64,000 nucleotides of DNA from Piedraia hortae CBS 480.64. Its lineage: Eukaryota. The stretch is from assembly GCA_010093745.1 (NCBI GenBank), contig MU005963.1, positions 20,217-84,216 of the forward strand, given 5' to 3'. Shown piece by piece: positions 35,361-44,591 of this stretch (position 1 is the first letter of the stretch; the number at the start of each line of letters is the position of its first letter). The translations under genes and the position numbers were made by a program. The notes beneath the pieces were generated by a model. The model worked only from the letters and a program-made list of their open reading frames with translations, was not told the origin of the DNA and ran no database searches.

Positions 35361-37970
35361 ATGAGCGCGTCGCCGGCAGAGCAGCCAAAGGTAAGGCAGT
35401 TGCGCTTTGTGACCAACTACGGCGCGCCCCATCCCAAGCGGAGGAGGATCACGGCCGCCTGTCTGACCTGCCGCAAGCGGAAGACGGCGTGTTCGGGCGA
35501 GCGCCCCTTTTGCGAGAAATGCAGGCTCAACTCGCTCGAGTGCGCCGGTTACTCGACTGAGCCCATCCGCAAGCGTGAGCCTCCCAAAAGGCCTCCCGAT
35601 GTGCAGACCAAGGAGGTTGAAAAGCCGCCTTTCTCGCGCAATCGAATGCCTTATTTTCGATGGCTTGGTCCCACTGCCATCATGCCAGGCTTCAAGCAGA
35701 TGGTAGTCAAGGTGGAGCATCAGGACTCGGACTTGGCTCGTTCATCCACTGATGGCATAACCAGTCCTCAACCAGACGTCCGGAGAGACGCAACAGCCGG
35801 TGATTTGGAAGGGAAAACCGCTCTTGAACTGCCATTCTACGATACTTCAACTATGCCCCCAAGTGAATTGCTCAAGCACCTCGTTCAAGTTTTCTTTACC
35901 CATCTAGGATGCAACTATCCATTTTTGCAACGTGATCGCTTCTTGCATGACTTACAGGAAAAGCAGGTTGATGCCATTTTGGTCGACGCCGTTTGTGCAC
36001 TGGCCGCACGCTTTTCCACTCATACTCTTCTCACACAACAGAATGCTATTGATGCTAAGCCCGTTCCAGCCGACCATGGCCATGCCTTTGCACAGCGTGC
36101 CAAAGCTGCTCTCGTCCACACGTTCTCGTGTCCTAGTGTTGCTGCTGTTCAGGCTGCCTTGCTCCTGGCCTACAACGAGTTTGGGGAAAGCAGAGATAGC
36201 GGGCTGTGGGTCTACCTCGGTCTTGCAATCCGAATGGCTCAGGACCTTGGTCTGCACAAGATTGAGGGATTGAAATATGTTAACAAGGTCGGTCCAACTC
36301 CAAGGACCTTCAAGTACTTGTCGACGGAGGAACCCGCAGAAAGTGACAAAACGTCACAGGAAGAAACCCCCCATGAGCCAGACACTGAGCAAGAGGCCGT
36401 CGAACAGGAACGCGTTGACACGTTCTGGGCCGTTTTCTTTCTCGATCGCGTTGTTTCCTCTGGCACGGGCAGACCGAGCACTCTACGCGACAAGGACATT
36501 GAGCTTCCTTTTCCCCCTCTACAGAACAAGGATTCGCAATCGGAATATCCATCCGTGTACCCTGCTTTGGTTAGGATAGTGCATCTATATGGCCGAGTGG
36601 CAGATTTGCTCAACAGCATCAAAGAGCCGTCTGATATTCGCTCCGATACGTCGCAGTTGTTGGCCTCAATGGAGACGCAAGTGACAAACTTCTATCAAGG
36701 CCTTCCTGAAGACCTCCACTTCGACGCAATCCACTTTCGGCACTATGTCGATGCGGGAGAAGGTACCAATTTCATGCTGCTGCACTTATGGTTCCATGCT
36801 TTAATCGTTTTGTTGCATCAACCCACTTTGCTCAAGACATTTGAAGGTAAAATGCTGCAGCTATTCCCCAACAGTCAGCAGCTTTCAATGTCCTCTGCGA
36901 AGACGATTGTTGACATTTTGTCATACGCCAATCTCATGCATGGCAATGCCACTTTGGGCAATCCATTTACTACGCAGCCTATCTACATTGCTGCATGCGC
37001 GTTCCTGAACGAGAAGGCCGCACAGACGGCCACTTCAAACGCACAATCTCGCGTGAACAGCCCGAGTTCGACAAAGGAAACTGAGGAAAAGCCGCTGCCA
37101 GAAGTTCGGCCGTCTTCCGACCAAAAGTCCATCTCAAGACACACGCTACTGGCCACAGCAGCTAGTCAACATTATCAATTGTGCCATCAGACTTTGGAAA
37201 CAATCAAGACGTATTGGAGTGGGACAAAGTACATCTTGACAATTCTTGATCAAAAGTTTCAAGGCGTTGACGATCCGCTGCTTTACACGGTTGAGGAAGG
37301 TGAAAGCAGCATCGAGACACCCTTCCCAGTGCCAGCATTCACCTCGCCAGGGTGGAGACGCAAGCCTCTTTGGGAACAAGCCTATATCGGCGCAAGCAAC
37401 AAAACTCCCGTGGCCGACCCTTCGAATGCCGCGCGTCCGTTCCAAAACCAACCGTTTGGATGGACGCTGACTGGAACCATCAATTCGCCCAGCACGAACC
37501 TCGCATGGCACTACTCCACGGGCAAAAGTGCGGAAAGAGAAGGTGCGCATTCATTCGTCCATTATGGGCCGCCCGCAACATCTCAAGGACAATTTCACAA
37601 TCAACCACCTTATTCGAGCAATAACATTCCCCACTCTGATGCAGATCTGTTATTGGCCCTTAACAGTGCTCATTATCCGCGTGAAGGGTCTGTCGGAAAC
37701 TTTACTCCACTCCCTTCAACAAGCGGCGGTGGTAACCTCTGCTACATGGGACCTGCTCCCCCGCACATGATGCCCATGGCTGGAGCGTTTCATCAGCACG
37801 ATGGCAGTAACGGTAGTCCACCTGTTGCAAATGGGACTGCTGGTCCTGGAGAGGAAATCATGATTGAGTCTCATGATATCGATATGAGCATGCTTGGGCT
37901 GGACAGCATGCCCTGGTTTGATCTGTACGCGACGATGCCGAATCAGCATCCTGGAGAAATGGACATGTAA
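35361..37970 (+). CDS. Zn(II)2Cys6 transcription factor with fungal-specific TF domain
   Basis: CLTCRKRKTACSGERPFCEKCRLNSLEC cluster; GLAIRMAQDLGLH and TFWAVFFLDR in the middle homology region. Confidence 0.93.
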   Translation: MSASPAEQPKVRQLRFVTNYGAPHPKRRRITAACLTCRKRKTACSGERPFCEKCRLNSLECAGYSTEPIRKREPPKRPPDVQTKEVEKPPFSRNRMPYFRWLGPTAIMPGFKQMVVKVEHQDSDLARSSTDGITSPQPDVRRDATAGDLEGKTALELPFYDTSTMPPSELLKHLVQVFFTHLGCNYPFLQRDRFLHDLQEKQVDAILVDAVCALAARFSTHTLLTQQNAIDAKPVPADHGHAFAQRAKAALVHTFSCPSVAAVQAALLLAYNEFGESRDSGLWVYLGLAIRMAQDLGLHKIEGLKYVNKVGPTPRTFKYLSTEEPAESDKTSQEETPHEPDTEQEAVEQERVDTFWAVFFLDRVVSSGTGRPSTLRDKDIELPFPPLQNKDSQSEYPSVYPALVRIVHLYGRVADLLNSIKEPSDIRSDTSQLLASMETQVTNFYQGLPEDLHFDAIHFRHYVDAGEGTNFMLLHLWFHALIVLLHQPTLLKTFEGKMLQLFPNSQQLSMSSAKTIVDILSYANLMHGNATLGNPFTTQPIYIAACAFLNEKAAQTATSNAQSRVNSPSSTKETEEKPLPEVRPSSDQKSISRHTLLATAASQHYQLCHQTLETIKTYWSGTKYILTILDQKFQGVDDPLLYTVEEGESSIETPFPVPAFTSPGWRRKPLWEQAYIGASNKTPVADPSNAARPFQNQPFGWTLTGTINSPSTNLAWHYSTGKSAEREGAHSFVHYGPPATSQGQFHNQPPYSSNNIPHSDADLLLALNSAHYPREGSVGNFTPLPSTSGGGNLCYMGPAPPHMMPMAGAFHQHDGSNGSPPVANGTAGPGEEIMIESHDIDMSMLGLDSMPWFDLYATMPNQHPGEMDM

Positions 37971-38131
37971 AAAGCAGCATGGTGTTTTCTTGGAAGTTTT
38001 TTCGAATAGCATTGGCATAGTTGCATGATGTATGTAACGTCCATATCACAAATCCATTCACACAACCGGCTTCCCCAATCGGTCCATCCGCCATCAAACT
38101 TATATCAACCCAACCATCCATCCCACCACCC

Positions 38132-38974
38132 ATGGCCCAATCCCCCAAACCAGCCTACCCCCCCACCCTCCGCGGCTCGTCACAAATCTACACCCCAATC
38201 GCCAACTCCCCACGCAAACCTCTCTACAGCCACACCGTCCCCCCCCGCTGCGGCCACGCCTTCACCGCCCGGCGGGGCGAGATCATCCGGATCTCCACCC
38301 CGTCAGGCCCCCAAGTCTGCGACCTGAACCTGTGGTCCCTTACCAACCCACGAGAACGCTTCTGGGCCTCACGCACCCGCCAACTCCACTCGACCCACAT
38401 CACCACCCACGACCGATTATGGAGCACGCTCCCCTACCTCCGTCCCATGGCCACAATCCTCACCGATTCCCTTTCAACCTACGGCGTCGATCCCCGTGGA
38501 GGTCGCGTCCACGACCTTCTCGGCACGCGCTGCGATCCGTATATTAGTCGAATCTTCAACCCCGGGGGGAAGGCATATGATTTTCATTGTCACTCGAATC
38601 TTGTTAGGGCGGTTGTGCCGTGGGGGTTAAATGAAGGGGATGTGCATGATGTTGTTAATTTGTTCCAGGTTACGGGGTTGGATGAGCGAGGGAGGTATTG
38701 GATGGGGGCTTCGCCTGCGAGGATGGGGGATTACATTGAGTTGGTTGCCGAAATGGATTTGCTCCTTGCAGTTTCCACGTGCCCGGGCGGAGATCTGTCG
38801 GAGTGGGGGTGGGAGATGGGTGGGTTAAGACATTGTTGTAGGGAGTTGGGGGTTGAGGTCTTTGAGGTGTGTGATAAGGAGGTGTTGGGGGGATTGGAGA
38901 TTTGGGAGACGGGGTTAGTGAGGTATAGGGGGATGCATGGGATGAATATTCCGAAGGGGGAGGGGGAGAAATGA
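38132..38974 (+). CDS. DUF1989 (urea carboxylase-associated family) protein
   Basis: GPQVCDLNLW, RERFWASRTRQLH, HDLLGTRCDPY, HCHSNL, VHDVVNLFQVTG, AVSTCPGGDLS. ATG at 38132. Confidence 0.85.
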   Translation: MAQSPKPAYPPTLRGSSQIYTPIANSPRKPLYSHTVPPRCGHAFTARRGEIIRISTPSGPQVCDLNLWSLTNPRERFWASRTRQLHSTHITTHDRLWSTLPYLRPMATILTDSLSTYGVDPRGGRVHDLLGTRCDPYISRIFNPGGKAYDFHCHSNLVRAVVPWGLNEGDVHDVVNLFQVTGLDERGRYWMGASPARMGDYIELVAEMDLLLAVSTCPGGDLSEWGWEMGGLRHCCRELGVEVFEVCDKEVLGGLEIWETGLVRYRGMHGMNIPKGEGEK

Positions 38975-39392
38975 TGGGTTGGTGAAGTTGGTGGCATTGG
39001 CGGTGAAGAGCTGTGATATTTTTTTTACATGGTCGGCTGTTTGGTCACAATGTACTTGGTAGGTGAGCGGCTCAGTTGCAATGTGATCTAATGCTTTTCG
39101 TGCATGTAGACCAGCGAACGGCATGTGGATTGATCATACAAGCAGCCAAGGGAGTCTGGCTGGTTTTCGAGCATTCTCCGTTTCTCCGCTGGACCTGCAG
39201 CCAATAAGCATGAGTCTCCTCTTAAATTTCCGGAGCATATCTGTCCAATATCTTTCCCTGGCTGTTGTAATTGTGAGTAGATGTGTACCAGTATGCATAC
39301 AAATCTTTACAGAAAGATAGTTGACGCGTCCAGTCGACCGAGCGCCGATTACTAATAATGCGCGTAATATACCGCATATCCACAATACTCGC

Positions 39393-39641
39393 TGTCACGA
39401 CGCGGAGTTAAAGGACGAGAGGTCGGGGCCAAGAAATCGATGAGAGACAATGGCAAGAGGCTCAAAACTAATGGGCTATGGACAAGAGGACTGCGTAGAC
39501 CCTATGTAAACAGACAACAACGCATGATGAAGAAAATAGAAAAGTTAGTGCCGCCTGAGTGTGTATCGCAGAGTGGGGCTACTAGGCTCGGGCCGTGGAC
39601 GGACCGGGCCCTTCCGCATGACTAGGCCCTGAGTCCTGACA
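39393..39641 (-). mobile_element. Solo LTR, family C (249 bp)
   Basis: Termini TGTCACGAC...GTCCTGACA (8/9 inverted match) flanked by CTCGC and ATCGC, a 5-bp target-site duplication with one mismatch. Shares short motifs with 52606-52783. Confidence 0.75.
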
Positions 39642-39836
39642 ATCGCTCAACCAAGGTGGGTTCAAAAAGCGGGACAGGCCACGCAGCGCACGGTCAGTTA
39701 TCGCGCACCGTTTAGAGTTTTATTCACACTGGCGTCCAGTACTCTGTTAATTCCAAAGCACCAGGCATGAAACAGAGTCTCCAGACGCATAAAATTTCCT
39801 CACAAAGATCAAAAATATACTACAAATCTCCACCCC

Positions 39837-40661
39837 TCAGCCCAACAACAACCCTGTCTCTTCCGCCGATCTCCCCGCTCTCCTCTCCTCCTCAACCTCC
39901 CTCCCAAAATCCCTCCTCACCGCAACCGACTGCCCCGTCGTCAACCTCTGATCCGGCTCCTCCAAACACCCACCACAACCCCACTGATACTTTCCTCCCC
40001 CCAAACCCAGCTCCTCCAAAAGCTCAGACGTCCTTTCGACCTTATACTCAAAACGTGCTATTATCAAACCTCGCACCCGTAAGTGCACTCGAAAGCACCG
40101 TCTCAAACGAATAAACATCTGATTTCGTTATATAAAACCTCATATTGCGCGAAGCATCCTTACTCACCCCCAACCTGGTTATCTGAAACTCGGAGGGTAT
40201 ATACCCTCTTGACCCCGCCGTCCCCGTCGCCGAGCGATGGGCTGCTCAGTGCTCGTAACCTCGAGATGTAAGAACCCCAACGCGTCGCCTAAATAGGAAA
40301 TTAGTTTTTTTGAGAAGGAGACTGGAAGTGGGGAGGGACACGTCTTGGACCAGGTGGGGAGGTAGTCTAGTATGTCACCGCCGCTGCAGTAATCGAGGGT
40401 TATGAGCCATGTGTTAGGCGTTTCGTTCCGGGTTTCGAAGGTGTGGGGGAAGAAGGGATGATTTTTGAGGTAACAGAGCAGGAGGATGATTTCGGTTGGT
40501 TCGGAGGTGAGGGTTTTGAGAATCCTGAGGCTGCCCGCCAGGAGGTGAATTGCGAGGTGGGCGGATCGGTCGGGGCGCGTGTGGAGAGTGCGTATTATTT
40601 GGTAGGTGTTCGAGGGGATGGTTCGAGGAGCATTTCTGTCGTATATGGAGCAGTTGTTCAT
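39837..40661 (-). pseudogene. Protein kinase pseudogene, paralog of 62899-63885
   Basis: LDYCSGGDI and DALGFLH, then shifted frames give GSRGYIPSE, KSDVYSFETVL..LTGARFDN and CLEEPDQRLT. The catalytic loop and DFG are absent. Confidence 0.8.
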
Positions 40662-40668
40662 TTCTCCC

Positions 40669-40740
40669 TTTTTCTTTTTTCTTTTTTCTTTTCTTTTTCT
40701 TTCTTTCTTTTTTTTTTGTGGGGGGGGGTTGGGTTGGGGG
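40669..40740. repeat. T-rich low-complexity tract followed by G runs
   Basis: (T3-9)C repeats then GGGGGGGGTTGGGTTGGGGG, directly upstream of the kinase pseudogene ATG. Confidence 0.8.
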
Positions 40741-42136
40741 AATTTTGAGGATGATCGGGTTCATTACTTAGGCTTTGTGGTTGGGAGAGATAATGTCGGT
40801 GGTATTGTGGGTTGATGGCTTCTCTCGGCTTTGGAAACAGCATCGATTCAAACCCCTGACCGCTCGGGATAACCTGCTCAGCAGTCTGAAGCCCGAGGAA
40901 AGAGGTCAGTCGTCATGATCAACGTGCCATTTTAGACATTGCACTTGCAAAAGAGTTGTTGTAAGCGAAAGTTTCTGTGTCGGCTTATCGAGAGCAAGTG
41001 TGTGATGTGATATGAAATGGGGGTGGGATAAAAGCAGCTGTGATCGACTCTTCTGAGCTTAGTCATCCAGTAAATGTCGTAGGACATCAATCGAGGTCGA
41101 GTGAGAGGCCGAAAAAATGACGCTATTTCCATGAAGGGAAATCATCTGACGGGCAGTCCAGTGGGGAGGCTTTGTAGGGTGCAATTCCAGTACACTCCAG
41201 AATCAACACGAAGCCCGGAGAGCTAAGTCGTAAGAAGAGCGTAAGATGGTAAAAGAAAGGCCATTCTTACAAAGTTTTCAGCCTGTTGTAAGACTGATTT
41301 GTATAGTTGACGAAGCTGGGTGCCATGATATGAGGTGTAATCCCGCCTCAAATATCCTTCACGTATATATAAATCTGCGAGACGAATCCATGAGATTTAT
41401 CCAGATTTCGAGCATAGGACAACGAAAAATTGATACCAGGTCCTGCTAGATATCGTACGACAAATATCAGCACAAACATTAGCAGACGCAAACATTGGCA
41501 ATCATCCCAGGCGCATGCGAGTGTGAAACCCGGTAAATCAAACAAGCTGATAAACAAAAAACTTGTCTCTCGATGGTGTAATAGTAACTCCACTTACGAT
41601 GACTTCGAGAATTCTAGTGCCTTCTTTTACCCTCAGTATTAGACAAGCTCGGCGAAATGTCCCGGAAAGTACGCGGCGAGCTGTATGATGATTCTACTAC
41701 AGCTCCTGCCAGCTTCGTGGGGCTACCATAACATGGTGCGCATGGCTCGTTTCCACGACCAGGTGACCGAGACATGACGGCAGATTAGATCGTCCCTCCA
41801 ACAGAAAAAGACCTTGTTCTTTAGGTTACTCTCTTCTGGAATGGTAACCTCCCAAGGAAGACGTACTTCATACCATGTCGCCTTGACCGAACCTCGTCCA
41901 GCACAGCCCACAGTGAAAGAATCCATGGTCCGAACGCAACTTTTTCCTCGCCGGTCTCACTTGGCTGATCGAGAGCCAATGATAAATCGCTAATAATATT
42001 CAACGAAGCCTAGAAAGCTCTTTACCTGCGTGAACGTCGCTGCACTGCTGCCCAAAGGCTTCAAAAATTTCATCAGGCGCAGCATCTCCGCTCAACTATC
42101 AGCTAAAAATGATATTGCCCCGCTTGGCTAAGGTTC

Positions 42137-42172
42137 GGGGGGGTGTGGGGGGGGGGGGGGGGGGGGGGGGGG
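42137..42172. repeat. Poly-G tract
   Basis: G7-TGT-G26. Confidence 0.9.
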
Positions 42173-42792
42173 TAGGGCTCTACAAGTTTTTTGACCAATG
42201 TTCAGGTATAAATGGAGAATATTGACTTTGAAGCTGGGGCTGAGATGAAATCGTGTCAAAAAAAGGCATGAGAGAGATGTGCGGAAGTTTCGCACAACAT
42301 TTGTTAAGAGATCCAAAGGCTAGCGAAGAGAATGGTAACAAGGGTAATGGGCAGATTATGGGGGTTTAAATCCTGGCCCACTTCGAGATTGATGTGTTTT
42401 CTCTGTGACTCGTGTAACAAACTACTTTTGCCGGGCCCTGGCGAATTAGGAGAATACGTAAGCTTTGACCAGTGGTTGGGCTTGAACTTGAGTCGTAGCC
42501 TTTGGGCATTTTATCCGCTAAAGAGTGCATCGTGCGATTCAGAGTAAATCCGCTGGCTCCTGATGGAAAAGAAATTTTATTACTGGTGTGGACAGAAAAC
42601 AACGATGAAAGAAAGACAGGACTGCCCTCCCGAGCCGGCGGGCGGAACTATGTACAAAAACAACTAGCCTATCAGCGACTACAATGTCGATCATACGATC
42701 GACATACCAAGGCACCGGCAAGGATCGACATTAGCCGCCGCCTCGTAGATGTTAACGGAAAGGTTGACCAGTAGGGATCAACAAAAGAGAAC

Positions 42793-43185
42793 TCACGTAA
42801 CGCGCGACACGCTGGCACCCCACTGAGTCATAAGAACATGGATCTTCTGATAGGCTGGGTCCATCATGGCGCTCACTGTCGGAACCTTGTAGATGGGGTC
42901 GCAAAGTACTAGGCAATCGCAGTCGATCCAGGTCCTGTTGTTGGTGCCCGAACAGTGGGCATCAAAGTCATGGATGTTGTTTTTGTGATAGTCATCGACA
43001 GCCAGGAAGCACTGATGTTGAAATTGTACCTGACAACACCCGTACGCCGGTCCCAGCCTGCGGAGTAGTTGGTCACGTTCCACCAATAATTGACAGGCAT
43101 TGCATTGTCCTCAGTGAACTTGGGGGTACGGATTTTGAGCTGCAACATAGCCGATAGCAGTGAGGAAGGCGATGGGGGTACGCAT
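42793..43185 (-). pseudogene. Frameshifted small secreted protein (possibly Alt a 1/AA1-like)
   Basis: Signal peptide MRTPIAFLTAIGYVAA, a shifted frame WWNVTNYSAGW...YNFNISA, then the original frame FDAHCSGTNNRTWIDC. Confidence 0.55.
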
Positions 43186-44591
43186 AGTTATACTGAATTC
43201 GGACGGGCGGCCCTGCACATTAAGTAGCTCTGGTGTCCCCTGCGAATACAGACAAAGGGTGTTATTGGCCCCTCGTACTCGGGAAACGCGAACTCTGTTA
43301 TGCGTATGAGTACAAAGCTGTAGAACAGCTTGAAAGGCTTGCAACTTGGGGCCTGACATTGTCCATCGATGCCGTTACTTTGCTGGAAAGACCACACCGC
43401 AACAAAATCGTCACACATGACCGTCACCCCCTTCAACAGCATTCAAATACATATTCATGATACCTAAGGTCTACTTCCAAAGTTCTACATTGGCGGTGCC
43501 TCGTAATGCTACGACCAATCGGAGTTTGTCAGAGGGGGTAGAGAGAACTCATACCTCAGTAGAGAGCAAAGTGAATATCTGTCAGAAGGATGTGGCACCT
43601 AACATGACCACAACTGTAGATAGAAGTCGAAACTTCTCAGAGTTTTTACCTCTATAGAGGAAGTTTTCCCTGGGACGGGTCATTGTCTCGTTCATGCTTA
43701 AGGGCATGGTTCGCTGAGGTTGTCCTGGCGAATGCGGTTAGACTGAGGTAGTGTGGGGAAGGTTTCGAACCTCACCTCAGACAGGGACAGACATCTACAT
43801 TTCACTTTTTCAGTCAAATTTAAGTGAAAACTTTTGTCGTCGATATCCGCTCACCTTTAGTCCTTGGAGGTTCACCCCTCCGACAATATCTCTAGGTGAA
43901 TGATGTTCTGGGAGGAAACACTCCTGACAAGATACATAAGAGGTTTCATTTCATAATCTCCTTTATTCGGAGACGGATTCGGTCTCAACAACCCTTCTGC
44001 AAGCGGCAAACTTCTGACAGAGTTTTAGCTGCCAAAAATAGACCAAGCTGAGCTGAAGTGGACCATCAACTTGAAGGTGGTCGGTAATAGGCCACTTCAA
44101 ATCCACGTGGGCAAGCATTGCAGCGGTTCTAAGGCACAGGCGGTGACACGTAACGGTGCGATCCTCGTTGCTTGTTTTGAACAAGCACTTAACGAGCTGT
44201 TGCAGGCCCTTCATCTAGCCAACCTGCCAACATAGGTGGACATGGCCGATGATTATAAAGGCACTTCAAATAACGCAATGGCCTTTTGCTCCGCCGCAAG
44301 TTCAGTCTTGCCGGAGACAGAGTAACAAGACCCTCGGAGTCGAGGCGGCAACCATAGCATGCTCTCTCCTAGATGGAAATATTTTCTTCCGAAGAGGTAC
44401 AATCAGTCCTTTGTCGTTGGTTCTTTGCAGCCTGTTCAATGAAGTGACGTTCACAGACTAGTCCCGGGCCGAGCCGAAACTCCGCAGCCAACGCTTACGT
44501 AATCCAGCCAGCTGTCAATCACCTCCAACACCTTTGTTTCGAGATCCCTCCTTCGAATGGAGAAGCGGTGGAATCTTGTTTGTGATTCAAG

